Shown: positions 52,948 to 62,614, numbered from the stretch's first letter. The stretch is 64,000 bases of DNA from an uncultured Ignavibacteriales bacterium (GCA_964544635.1 CAZJCK010000003.1:19973-83972), one strand, 5' to 3'. Notes: generated from the sequence alone by a model not told the origin. Program-made: numbers and translations.

Positions 52948-55773
52948 TTACTTCTCGGACTGTTTCATGGCTGCCTGGGCGGCCGCGAGGCGTGCAATCG
53001 GCACGCGGAACGGCGAACAGCTGACATAGTTCAGGCCAACGTCGGCGCAGAACTCGATCGACTTGGGATCACCACCGTGCTCGCCGCAGATACCAACTTT
53101 GAGGTCCGGATTGGTCTGGCGACCTTTCTCCTTGCCCATGCGTACGAGCTGCCCGACACCGTCCTGATCAAGGGTGACGAACGGATCTTTCGGCAGGATC
53201 TCGTTTTCGACATAGAAGCCGAGGAACTTACCGGCGTCGTCGCGGGAGAAGCCCATCGTCATCTGGGTCAGGTCGTTGGTGCCGAAGCTGAAGAAGTCGG
53301 CGGCCTCGGCGACCTCGTTGGCCGTCAGGGCGGCTCGCGGGATCTCGATCATGGTGCCGATCATGTAGTCGAGTTTCTTGATACGATACTTGGAAATGAC
53401 CTCGCGGGCGACGCGTTCGATCACCTCGCGCTGGTTCTTCAGTTCGTTGACATGACCAACCAGCGGTACCATGATCTCGACCGACACCTTCTTCTTGTTC
53501 TTCTGGAGCTCGCAGGCGGCCTCGATGATGGCGCGCGCCTGCATCTCGGTGATTTCCGGGTAGGTGACACCGAGGCGGCAACCGCGATGACCGAGCATCG
53601 GGTTCTGTTCATCGAGTTCGTGAATACGAGCGAGGATCTTGGAGAGCCGTTCCTGCTGTTCTTCGAAGTCGTCGGACTTAGGGTCGAGCTTCTTGAGCTT
53701 CTCTTCGATTTCCTCTTTGCGCGGCAGGAATTCGTGGAGCGGCGGATCGAGCGTGCGAATCGTGACCGGCAGGCCGTTCATCGCATCGAAGATCTCCTTA
53801 AAGTCGGATTTCTGGAAGGGCAACAGTTTGTCGAGTGCGGCCTGGCGGCCCTCCGGCGTATCGGCGAGAATCATCTCCTGAACGATCGGGATACGATCCT
53901 CGGCGAAGAACATGTGCTCGGTGCGACAGAGGCCGATACCTTCGGCACCGAACTTACGGGCCTGGGTAGCATCGCGCGGGGTGTCGGCATTGGTGCGCAC
54001 CCGCATCACGCGTACCTCGTCGGCCCAGGCCATGAACTCGGAGAATTCGCCGGACAACTCGGGTTCGACCGTCGGCACGCTGCCGAGGATAACCTCGCCG
54101 GTGGAACCGTTGAGGGTGATCGTCTCCCCTTCCTTAATGATCAGCTTGCCGATCTGGAACTGCTTCTTCTTGGCATTGACGCGCACCGCCTCGGCTCCCG
54201 AAACACAGCACTTGCCCCAGCCGCGGGCAACCACTGCAGCGTGGGAGGTCATCCCCCCGCGCGACGTGAGAATGCCGGCCGCCTCGCGCATACCGTCGAT
54301 ATCGTCCGGATTGGTTTCCTCGCGAACCAGGATGGTCGGGCGAGTCTTCTTGGTGTTGGCGACGACATCTTCGGCCGTGAAGTAGACGGCGCCGGTGGCG
54401 GCGCCGGGGGAAGCGGCCAGTCCCTTGGCGACGACATCATACTCGGCCTCGGGATCGATACTCGGGTGCAGCAACTGGTCAAGCTGGATCGGCTCGATGC
54501 GCATGAGCGCTTCTTCCTTGGTGATCAGCTTCTCCTTGACCATGTCGACGGCGATCTTGATGGCCGCCTGCACGGTGCGTTTGCCGTTGCGCGTCTGCAA
54601 CATGTACAGCTTGTTTTCCTGGATGGTGAATTCGAAGTCCTGTACATCGCGATAATTCTTCTCCAGCTTGTCGGTGATGTCCTTGAGTTGCTTGTAGACA
54701 ACCGGCATCTCGTCCTGGAGTTGCTTGATGGGCGAGGGGGTGCGGACACCGGCGACGACATCTTCACCCTGGGCATTGACCAGGTACTCGCCGTAGAATT
54801 CCTTCTCACCGGTTGAAGGGTTGCGGGTGAAACCGACACCGGTGCCGGAGGACGTGCCCATATTGCCGAAGACCATCATCTGGATATTGACGGCGGTGCC
54901 GATATCGCCCGGAATATCGTGAACACGGCGATACGAGATGGCGCGGGGATTGTTCCATGAGCGGAAGACAGCGTCGCGGGCCATGCGGAGCTGGTGCATC
55001 GGGTCTTCCGGGAAATCCTCGCCGGTCTTCTTCTTGATGATCTTCTTGAACTGCTTGATAATTTCCTTGAGGTCGTTTTCCTGCAGCGAGCTGTCCTGCT
55101 TGATGCGACGTTCTTCCTTGCGCTTTGAGATAACGTGCTCGAATTCGTCCTTGTCGATACCCATCACGACATTGCCGAACATGGCGATGAGGCGACGGTA
55201 GTTATCGAGAGCGAAGCGCTCATTGCCGGTCTTCTCAGCCAGGCCGGCGACCGATTCTTCGTTCAGGCCGAGGTTGAGGATGGTGTCCATCATGCCGGGC
55301 ATGGAGAAACGGGAGCCGGAGCGGACCGAGACCAGCAGGGGATCGGACGGATCGCCGAGCTTCTTGCCGGCCGACTTTTCGAGTTTGGCGATATACGACT
55401 CGAGCTCTTCGTCGATATCCTTCGGGATCGCCATATTGTTGTCGTAGTAACGCTTGCAGACCTCGGTGGTGATGGTAAAGCCGGCCGGGACGGGTACCCC
55501 GGCAGCGCTCATCTCGGCGAGGTTGGCGCCCTTGCCGCCGAGCAGGTCGCGCATGGTGGCATCACCGTCAGCCTTACCGTCACCGAAAAAGTAGTAATAC
55601 TTTCCCTTGGTTGGCGTTTTACCCTTGCGGGCGACGGTCTTGCGGGTGGTTTTCTTTGTCGTTTTCTTCGCTGTGGTTGTTTTCGTGGTTTTCTTCGCAG
55701 TCTTTTTGGTCGTTTTCTTCTTGCTGGTGGACTTCTTCCGTGTCGTCGTTTTGGCAGCTTTCTTCGCTGTCAT
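52948..55773 (-). CDS. ppdK: Pyruvate, phosphate dikinase with a 57-aa Lys/Thr-rich N-terminal extension
   Basis: 941 aa with LLGGKGANLAEM, the GGMTSHAAVVARG phospho-His region and a TNDLTQ PEP-utiliser C-terminal domain. RBS GGAGG lies 4 nt before the ATG at 55773. Confidence 0.95.
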   Translation of the reverse strand: MTAKKAAKTTTRKKSTSKKKTTKKTAKKTTKTTTAKKTTKKTTRKTVARKGKTPTKGKYYYFFGDGKADGDATMRDLLGGKGANLAEMSAAGVPVPAGFTITTEVCKRYYDNNMAIPKDIDEELESYIAKLEKSAGKKLGDPSDPLLVSVRSGSRFSMPGMMDTILNLGLNEESVAGLAEKTGNERFALDNYRRLIAMFGNVVMGIDKDEFEHVISKRKEERRIKQDSSLQENDLKEIIKQFKKIIKKKTGEDFPEDPMHQLRMARDAVFRSWNNPRAISYRRVHDIPGDIGTAVNIQMMVFGNMGTSSGTGVGFTRNPSTGEKEFYGEYLVNAQGEDVVAGVRTPSPIKQLQDEMPVVYKQLKDITDKLEKNYRDVQDFEFTIQENKLYMLQTRNGKRTVQAAIKIAVDMVKEKLITKEEALMRIEPIQLDQLLHPSIDPEAEYDVVAKGLAASPGAATGAVYFTAEDVVANTKKTRPTILVREETNPDDIDGMREAAGILTSRGGMTSHAAVVARGWGKCCVSGAEAVRVNAKKKQFQIGKLIIKEGETITLNGSTGEVILGSVPTVEPELSGEFSEFMAWADEVRVMRVRTNADTPRDATQARKFGAEGIGLCRTEHMFFAEDRIPIVQEMILADTPEGRQAALDKLLPFQKSDFKEIFDAMNGLPVTIRTLDPPLHEFLPRKEEIEEKLKKLDPKSDDFEEQQERLSKILARIHELDEQNPMLGHRGCRLGVTYPEITEMQARAIIEAACELQKNKKKVSVEIMVPLVGHVNELKNQREVIERVAREVISKYRIKKLDYMIGTMIEIPRAALTANEVAEAADFFSFGTNDLTQMTMGFSRDDAGKFLGFYVENEILPKDPFVTLDQDGVGQLVRMGKEKGRQTNPDLKVGICGEHGGDPKSIEFCADVGLNYVSCSPFRVPIARLAAAQAAMKQSEK

Positions 55774-55923
55774 ATCTCCTCCGCCATTTGGTATTCAGAG
55801 TTCAACGTGGGGCGAATCTACGCAATATGGAGTCCGTGGGCAACCGTAAAAGAAAAGGCGATCGACTGAAAAATCCAGTCCGACCGCCGGCGCACAACGA
55901 AAAAAAGCTGGCTCGCGGGTCGG

Positions 55924-56280
55924 TCACATCGTAAAGAACCGCTCCCCCGACAGGATCTTGTCGATCATGCGGACGGTCTTCTCGACCGGGGCATGCATGA
56001 GATCGGACGAATGAAAGGTGCTCCGAATGACCTCGCGAGGGGCGACAAAGCTCGATTTGCCGCGACCGGCGCGCAGTTTCTTCTTGTGGGTGAGATTGTA
56101 CTGTCGCTGGTATTCCTTGGCTTTCTCCTTGTGCATCTGGTAATACCGGCGCTGGTATTCGCGACGCGCTTCAGCCGTGGACAGCGATCCTTTTCTGGTA
56201 GTCTTCTTTTCCGCCGGGGAGTCCTGCGTGATGTTGTCTTGAGTGGCGGCCTTTTCGGGACGTGCCATAACCTCCCTCAC
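55924..56280 (-). CDS. Hypothetical small basic protein
   Basis: 118 aa, K/R/Q/Y-rich centre (REYQRRYYQMHKEKAKEYQRQYNLTHKKK). No family recognised. Confidence 0.4.
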   Translation of the reverse strand: MREVMARPEKAATQDNITQDSPAEKKTTRKGSLSTAEARREYQRRYYQMHKEKAKEYQRQYNLTHKKKLRAGRGKSSFVAPREVIRSTFHSSDLMHAPVEKTVRMIDKILSGERFFTM

Positions 56281-56702
56281 TTTCCATGTGAAAAGGTTGT
56301 CTACCCTTCGCGACCATGAATGTGCTTCGAATGTCCTGGCATGCTCTGACTAACATGCCGTGCTCCTCTGAATCTGACAAAGTTACAGTAGGATTATTTT
56401 TCCTGTATGTCAAGCGAAAAATGTGATTCTCTCGAAAAAAGTGTTAAGTAACTACAGTGATGACCGATATTTAGACGAGCCGCGATTATCCCGGTCCCGT
56501 ATATTACGTGTATACATCACTTTACATGTATTAATTAATATACAAGTAAGTGCCTGCAAGACAACCAGGTAAGAGAGCGCGACAGCGCGCTGCGGTTGCT
56601 GTAAATGGTTCGGGATAGACTTCAACCCCTCCATCGCGCCGGACGGCGCGTGGCTCCTCCTAACTAAGTGCAAGATAAACAGCCTGTTATAGGTTGGGTC
56701 AA

Positions 56703-56746
56703 CAAAAAAACGCCCCGAAAATTTTCGGGGCGTTCATTTTTTTTTT
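56703..56746. terminator. Strong bidirectional rho-independent terminator
   Basis: AACGCCCCGAAA/ATTTTCGGGGCGTT stem flanked by A7 on one side and T10 on the other. Lies 16 nt after the stop of the last membrane-module gene. Confidence 0.8.
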
Positions 56747-56761
56747 GGGCTACCGCCGAAA

Positions 56762-57577
56762 TCAACCTTCGCTGGGCTGCTCCTTCGGACGGTTAACGTG
56801 CTGGACTATCTCCTTGACGACATACCCGACCAACAAAACCACAACCAACCAGAAGAAAATCAGGAAGGTGCCGCTGTAGGCCGGGTTGGGATCGGGGGTG
56901 GCATCGAAACCGAATAACACCCAGCGGTTGATCTCCTGCACCCGGTTGATGAAGAGCGAAATACGGGCCATGACGGTGAAGCCGAAGGAGGCGCCGAAGC
57001 CGATCATCAGCACCCAGATACCGAACTTGGCGACCGCGCCAAAGGTGCCGGTGTGGGCCTTGGAAAAGAAGAAATAGATCAACGCCGCGAAAGTGCCGGC
57101 AAAGATGATGACCTGGGAGTAACCGGAAGCGATGTCGAGGTACGAATTGCCCCAGAAGTTGGCCCAGTCGATGTCGATCATCGAGGCTGCCAGCTGCTTG
57201 TTGACACGGTTGGCCATCTCCAGGGGGATGGCGATGCCGGTACTGATCCCGATGTAGAGCGCCATCGGCCAGCGCGATAGCCAGGAGTACTGCTTGGAGA
57301 AGCGCGCCCACATCATCAGGCCGAGGATAGCCGGCACCAGATACCAGGGGGCATCGGAGTTCAGCCAGAGCACATACCAGTCGCCATCCTCAAGGCGCTC
57401 GAACAGGTTCGGCACCAGGCCGTTGTGCCAGAGAATGATGACAAAGTAGCCGGCCGAGACGCCGACCACGAGATGTTCGGCGAACTTGTAGAACGGGTTG
57501 TCCTTGTACAGGAACGAGAAAGTCGCAAGCGTCACGAAGGTCGCAAACGTCAGCCAGATATACGTAGTCAAATCCAT
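56762..57577 (-). CDS. Uncharacterised polytopic membrane protein, module subunit A (copy 1)
   Basis: 271 aa from the ATG at 57577, 1 nt after the B1 stop. Shares FSFLYKDNPFYKFAEHL, YFFFSK and GIWVLMIGFGASFGFTVMARISL with the paralogue at 60873..61691. Confidence 0.75.
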   Translation of the reverse strand: MDLTTYIWLTFATFVTLATFSFLYKDNPFYKFAEHLVVGVSAGYFVIILWHNGLVPNLFERLEDGDWYVLWLNSDAPWYLVPAILGLMMWARFSKQYSWLSRWPMALYIGISTGIAIPLEMANRVNKQLAASMIDIDWANFWGNSYLDIASGYSQVIIFAGTFAALIYFFFSKAHTGTFGAVAKFGIWVLMIGFGASFGFTVMARISLFINRVQEINRWVLFGFDATPDPNPAYSGTFLIFFWLVVVLLVGYVVKEIVQHVNRPKEQPSEG

Positions 57578-57578
57578 A

Positions 57579-58457
57579 CTAACGTCCCCCTTCCCTGCGT
57601 TCTTGCCGTCTCGAGACGAAATACCCGACATTGCCGATAATGATGAACAGGATGATGGTTATGTGCGCGAACAGTTGTATTCGCATACCGTCGCGCGCCA
57701 GGCCGTAATTGTCGGCCAGCTTCTCGTACTGTGCCGCGCCGAGCAGCCCGCCCATGATACCGAAGACCTGGCCGGAGCCGAGGAACGGGTAGTACTGGGC
57801 GGTCATGACGCCGGTAAGACCGAGGGCCAGCGGGAAGTTGAACCGTCCCTGGCCGTAGGAGATCCAGAAGTCGGTGATGTTACCGCCGGAAAGGTCGATG
57901 ACACAGGCGACGTCGTCGTAGTTGAGCACGCCCTGCATCATCGGCAGTGAATCGAGCGGCGTACCGTAGTAGTCGCGCGGGAAGGGGAGGCGGAAATCCT
58001 GCCCCATACCGAGGATAACGAGGGCAAAGTATGGCTTGTAGCCAAGGAACGTATAGTCGACGCCACGGATGATTTCACGTCCTTCATACTCGATGTCGTT
58101 GTAGACGCGGGTTTCCCTGAGGGAATCGGCGATATCGCGCAGGGCCTGGTCGGCCATGCCCGGTCCGTTCTGCGACAGGGCGGTGACCAGCACCTTCAAC
58201 TCCTTTCGCCAGCAGTGTTCGATGATGGCGTACGTCATCGGGTGCAGCTCGGCCAGGTTGTTGGGATCATAGTCGATGGCGATCATCACAATCTCGCCGG
58301 GCGGCAGGGAGTCGACAAAATCGTAGATGACGCGCACTTCGTCTTCGACGATGATGGGCACCTCGAAGTCGGCGACATAGGCCCAGATGCAGATGATGAT
58401 GAGGAACAGGAAGATCCAGCGCCGGTCAAGACGCATTAAGCGATCAAATAAATTCAT
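57579..58457 (-). CDS. Uncharacterised bitopic protein, module subunit B (copy 1)
   Basis: 292 aa with N- and C-terminal TM helices around a soluble domain. Shares SLPPG..IAIDYDP, LGYK, GGLLGAAQYE and IIGNVGYF with 61688..62614. Confidence 0.75.
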   Translation of the reverse strand: MNLFDRLMRLDRRWIFLFLIIICIWAYVADFEVPIIVEDEVRVIYDFVDSLPPGEIVMIAIDYDPNNLAELHPMTYAIIEHCWRKELKVLVTALSQNGPGMADQALRDIADSLRETRVYNDIEYEGREIIRGVDYTFLGYKPYFALVILGMGQDFRLPFPRDYYGTPLDSLPMMQGVLNYDDVACVIDLSGGNITDFWISYGQGRFNFPLALGLTGVMTAQYYPFLGSGQVFGIMGGLLGAAQYEKLADNYGLARDGMRIQLFAHITIILFIIIGNVGYFVSRRQERREGGR

Positions 58458-58469
58458 AGCGACAGCACC

Positions 58470-59294
58470 TTATCCTTTCCCCATGTATCCCCGCTCGATA
58501 CCGAGGATGACTTTCATGGCGGTTGCGACGATGCCCAGACCGATACCGATAATGATGGCGCGTTGCGCCGCGAGGTTCGGAACGTTCATCAGCCAGGTGG
58601 ACGTTTTGGCGACATATTCCCCGATGCCGAACGGGAAGTAGGGGAAGAATCGCAGCATGAGAATGAGCGCCGACACCAGCAGCAGCGTGGCCAGCAGGTT
58701 GCGGGCGCGGAAAGCGCGGTAAGCGGCCGAGGCTATAAAGAAGGCCAGCAGCGCGAACATCGTCGCCAGGATCGGCATCATGACATAGTCAAAGAAATGC
58801 CGGAACATGCTGCTCTCGAGTCCCTCCTGGGTATAGAAGTAGAACGCCCAGGAATTGTCGACCACGGCGATGATCACCGAGGCGGCAACGAAAACAAGCG
58901 TTGCAATACCCCACTTGGTGCGATCACCGGAATTTGCCCCTGACATCATCAGCTGCATGATCGAGGCGATCGACAGCAGGTAGGTGATGATGAAGACAAA
59001 GAAGAGTCCCCACGAGTCGCCGGTCCGCGAGGTCCAGCCGAAGAGCATCATGATGAACAGGCCGGCCAGGGTGACATACGAGTACCCCCAGTTGGGCTTG
59101 CGGGTTCGGATGCGCTGGACCGAAACTTTGAACAGCGACCAGATCCCCAGAGCAAGGGCGAAGATGCCGATGATAAGAATCCAGTCGAGCAGGAATTCGT
59201 AGACCCACGTCGAGATTTCGTGGGGCACAAAGTATTGGAATGCCATGAAGATTCCGAATACGAAGACGAGGGCGTATGGTATTTGTCGTTTCAT
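58470..59294 (-). CDS. Uncharacterised polytopic membrane protein, module subunit C (copy 1)
   Basis: 274 aa. Shares LLAFFIASAAYRAFRARN, NLAAQRAIIIGIGLG and ILGIERGYMG with 62611..63285. Confidence 0.75.
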   Translation of the reverse strand: MKRQIPYALVFVFGIFMAFQYFVPHEISTWVYEFLLDWILIIGIFALALGIWSLFKVSVQRIRTRKPNWGYSYVTLAGLFIMMLFGWTSRTGDSWGLFFVFIITYLLSIASIMQLMMSGANSGDRTKWGIATLVFVAASVIIAVVDNSWAFYFYTQEGLESSMFRHFFDYVMMPILATMFALLAFFIASAAYRAFRARNLLATLLLVSALILMLRFFPYFPFGIGEYVAKTSTWLMNVPNLAAQRAIIIGIGLGIVATAMKVILGIERGYMGKG

Positions 59295-59305
59295 ATGGAA
59301 TCCCT

Positions 59306-60838
59306 TTAGTCAGTTACCTTGAAGATTTCGACAAACCAGTCCAGGCCGAGGTTGGCCGCGATCAGGCCGGCCACGGCGCAGACCAGGATGATCGCCTTGG
59401 CGTAATCCTGGGCCTTGAGCGAGCCGAGCAGGACCGGTTCGCGACCGAGATAGGCCGAGGCGGCATACAACTCCTCACCGATGAGGGTGTAGTCGGTCGC
59501 CACGATGAAGAACGGCAACTGCGCGATTTCGTCGGTTCCGGAGATCTGAATCGATCCGGCGAGGGCGCCGGTCTCGGCGAGAATGAGTGACTCGGCGAAG
59601 AACTTGCCCATATAGACGTTGGTGGCCGGGTGTTCCCGCAGCATGATACCGTTGACCGCCGCAACGTAAGCGAACTGCGACTGGGTGACGAAGAAGACAA
59701 TATCTTCGCTGTAGTCGTCGGCGCGGCCGGCGTCGAAGTACGACGACTTGACCACTTCCTGGGCGACGCTCATGACGATCGGGTCGTAGGTCGGCACCAG
59801 CAGTTGCGTCTGGTACTCGGCGACGCGTTTGGCGACACGGCCAAGAATGGTGAACGATGCGATGGTTGCAATATCGGCGGCGGTACCGAGACCGAGGACA
59901 TAGAGAATGGGCCGTCCCATCTCGGTGGCGCGGCCGATCGCTTCATCGACCGCTTCAATGCCGGCCAGTGGCCGGACATAGAGCTCGGTGCCGCCCTTGG
60001 CGCGTTGCACCATGCCGATGACCAGCGTGAAAAAGATCAGGACAGCGATCAGCACGGGGATCCGCCCGCCGTTAAACCACTGCCCCGACGATTGCACCGG
60101 CCCGACGACTTCGGATTCGGAGAACAGTGTCGTGGTATCGTCGATCTTGACGGCGGTCAGGACCTTGTAGTAAAGGTCGGTGTAGTCGGGAATAAAGTCG
60201 GGATTGGCGCGACTCTTGGAACCACGGTCATAGCCGATAGTGTCACCCCGGGCGGCCAGGCCGACGGTATCGAAGCGCCCTTCGTTGGGATAGGCTTCGT
60301 AGGCCGGGGTAAGCCGCTGCATGAGCGAATCGATCCGCAGCTCGAACTGCCCCTCGAACTGTTTAAACTGCTCTTCCCTGTCCTGGGCTGCGAGTATCTG
60401 TTCCAGATAGGCCATGCGCCGGGCGTTGAAGGCGATGATGCTGTCCTGGACCTCGGCCGTATCGGCGCGAAGCGAGTCGTTCTGGGCCTGCAAGAGGTCG
60501 ATCTGGGTCTGCATCTTCGCCCATTCGCCTTCCAGGGAGATCATCCAATTGAGCGTACCCCGTTGCACCATGACCGAGTCCCAGAGGTAGGGAATCCACC
60601 GCATGATACGGTAGCCGCTGACAAAGCGCCGACCCGCGCCGTCGTCGGCCGACAAGTCCCAGGTCAGGGTAATGGCATGACCATGGTCGTCGTCGGTATC
60701 GAAGGCGTTCACGTTGGTGACCGGCGCCGGGGGTGGAATGCTCTGCGTGGTATCGACGGTCGTGTCGGGCTGGTCCTGAGACCAGGCCGGCAGTGCGACC
60801 AATACCATCACCAGAATTCCTGCCAGTATACGTTTCAT
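59306..60838 (-). CDS. Uncharacterised membrane protein, module subunit D (copy 1), with a signal peptide, FN3-like/coiled-coil ectodomain and conserved C-terminal domain
   Basis: 510 aa. The C-terminal 240 aa share EAVDEAIGRATEMGRP, FFAESLILAETG and AQLPFFIVATDYTLIGEELYAASAYL with 63297..64000. Confidence 0.75.
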   Translation of the reverse strand: MKRILAGILVMVLVALPAWSQDQPDTTVDTTQSIPPPAPVTNVNAFDTDDDHGHAITLTWDLSADDGAGRRFVSGYRIMRWIPYLWDSVMVQRGTLNWMISLEGEWAKMQTQIDLLQAQNDSLRADTAEVQDSIIAFNARRMAYLEQILAAQDREEQFKQFEGQFELRIDSLMQRLTPAYEAYPNEGRFDTVGLAARGDTIGYDRGSKSRANPDFIPDYTDLYYKVLTAVKIDDTTTLFSESEVVGPVQSSGQWFNGGRIPVLIAVLIFFTLVIGMVQRAKGGTELYVRPLAGIEAVDEAIGRATEMGRPILYVLGLGTAADIATIASFTILGRVAKRVAEYQTQLLVPTYDPIVMSVAQEVVKSSYFDAGRADDYSEDIVFFVTQSQFAYVAAVNGIMLREHPATNVYMGKFFAESLILAETGALAGSIQISGTDEIAQLPFFIVATDYTLIGEELYAASAYLGREPVLLGSLKAQDYAKAIILVCAVAGLIAANLGLDWFVEIFKVTD

Positions 60839-60872
60839 ATGCTCTGCCTCGTTGTTGCAGATCAGTAGTTAA

Positions 60873-61691
60873 TCAGCTAATTATTCCAAGCCAGTCTTTG
60901 AACAGGAACGTCATGCGACCGACGAGGAGGGAGATGCGACCCATCACGGTATAGCCGAACGATGCCCCGAAGGTGATCATCAGGATCCAGATGCCCACCC
61001 GCGAGGCAACGCCGAAGGCGCCCCTGTGCTCCTTACTGAAGAAGAAGTAGACCAGTCCGGTAAAGACGCCGATAAAGATGCTCCAGTTGAGGATGATACC
61101 GACGAACTGGCCGGTTGCGTTCAGGTCGAAATTGGAGAAAAAGGCGCCGAGGCCGGTCCACGGGTTCTCGCCGGTCGACGAGCCGAGCAGCGGGATATAG
61201 GTCGCCGAAATCTGCTTGATGAAATCGGAGCGAAGGTAGCGCACGAAGTTCAGGCCGGCGGTGGTTCCGACGATAAAGGCCAGCGGCCAGCGCGACAGCC
61301 AGCCGGCTTCTTTCGACAGGCGCATCAACAGCAGGATACCGAGGATGACCGGAATCCAGTAGAAGAAGTTGAGCGGCCCGGCGTGGTAAGGTACCTGAAA
61401 CCAGTTGGACAGGCCCTCGGAGATGCGCGGGATGAGGTTGCCGATGAGGGTCGACCAGAAGCCCTGGACCATCCAGAAGGCGGCCGAGACGCCGACAAAC
61501 AGGTGCTCGGCGAACTTGTAGTACGGATTGTCTTTGTACAGGAAGGAGAAAATCGCGAGCGTCAGGAAAGCAGCGACGGTAAGCAGGAAGGCGTCCATGA
61601 GTGAATTCTCAGCCTCAAAAGCTTTACCGACCCAGCTCACGATGAACAGGACGATCACGACAGCGAGTATTATCAACGACGTCCGGCTCAT
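60873..61691 (-). CDS. Module subunit A (copy 2)
   Basis: 272 aa with FSFLYKDNPYYKFAEHL, YFFFSK and GIWILMITFGASFGYTVMGRISL. 4-nt overlap with B2. Confidence 0.75.
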   Translation of the reverse strand: MSRTSLIILAVVIVLFIVSWVGKAFEAENSLMDAFLLTVAAFLTLAIFSFLYKDNPYYKFAEHLFVGVSAAFWMVQGFWSTLIGNLIPRISEGLSNWFQVPYHAGPLNFFYWIPVILGILLLMRLSKEAGWLSRWPLAFIVGTTAGLNFVRYLRSDFIKQISATYIPLLGSSTGENPWTGLGAFFSNFDLNATGQFVGIILNWSIFIGVFTGLVYFFFSKEHRGAFGVASRVGIWILMITFGASFGYTVMGRISLLVGRMTFLFKDWLGIIS

Positions 61692-62614
61692 ACGCTGGTC
61701 AGTTCCTTCTTCTTACGTCCGGGACCTCGGAAGTAGGCGATGTTGCCGATGATAATGAAGGCCATGATCACCATGTGCGCGAGCGTCTGCGGCCCCATCA
61801 TGCGCAGGCCGGGTGTCTCCATGTCATTGAAGCGCGGGTAAGCGTCGCGTAACTCCGACTCATACTCCGCCGCGCCCTTGATGCCACCCAAAATGCCGAG
61901 GACCTGCTGGGGATAGTACGGATACAGCTGCGGCGCGACAACGGCGGCGACGCCGACGCCGATCGGGACACCGGCCGGATCGCCGACAAAGAGTACCCAT
62001 TCCTTCGGACCGGGCCGTCCGCCGCCCAGTGCGACGATCAGGTCGAGGTCGGACGACGATCGGATATCGCGGAACAGATCGATGGAATCAAGCGGGACAC
62101 CGTTGGCGTCGGTCGGGAACATTTTTTTGATGTCGGAGACGATAACGTTGAGCACACCTTCGTTACCCGCCTTGTAGCCGAGGCTGACATAGTCGACACC
62201 GTCGATCTTGTCAGGAAACTGCGGGAAAATGTACCGGTTGAGCGACTGCGACAGCAGTGACTGGCCGGTCGCCCAGAGCGACATGAAGATGACCCGGTGG
62301 TTCCTGGCGAGACAATGGGCGGTGACGGCATTCGCCATCGGCTGCACTTCCGGTGCCATGGCCGGGTCGAAATCGTATGAAATGAGGACCTTCGATCCTT
62401 CGGGCAGGCTTTCAATCTTGTCAAAGAGCGCCTTGACCACCGGGGTAGCCTTTTCATCGAACGTAATCGGGAATAACAGCGGTGCCGCCACGGCGAAGGC
62501 GATGAACAGGAAGACAATGCGGCGCCCTACCTCGCGTCCGGTAATAGAGCGGAACAGCAGCCAGGCGAGGCCACCAAAAATGAGAAAGAGCGAGATAACA
62601 ACGCCGAGGTTCAT
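61688..62614 (-). CDS. Module subunit B (copy 2)
   Basis: 308 aa with SLPEG..ISYDFDP, LGYK, GGIKGAAEYE and IIGNIAYF. 4-nt overlap with C2. Confidence 0.75.
   Translation of the reverse strand: MNLGVVISLFLIFGGLAWLLFRSITGREVGRRIVFLFIAFAVAAPLLFPITFDEKATPVVKALFDKIESLPEGSKVLISYDFDPAMAPEVQPMANAVTAHCLARNHRVIFMSLWATGQSLLSQSLNRYIFPQFPDKIDGVDYVSLGYKAGNEGVLNVIVSDIKKMFPTDANGVPLDSIDLFRDIRSSSDLDLIVALGGGRPGPKEWVLFVGDPAGVPIGVGVAAVVAPQLYPYYPQQVLGILGGIKGAAEYESELRDAYPRFNDMETPGLRMMGPQTLAHMVIMAFIIIGNIAYFRGPGRKKKELTSV

Noticed and set aside
52795-54816. 673-aa plus-strand ORF, the longest unannotated ORF in the track
   Set aside because: It lies exactly antisense to the unmistakable ppdK gene. Its composition (G/D/L/A/R/V-rich, no motifs) is typical of shadow ORFs in GC-rich DNA, and it has no RBS.
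56171-56673. Small minus-strand ORFs (80 aa and 73 aa) in the AT-rich gap
   Set aside because: They have no RBS and an odd composition. One overlaps the 5' end of the 118-aa gene in another frame. The region is better treated as non-coding.
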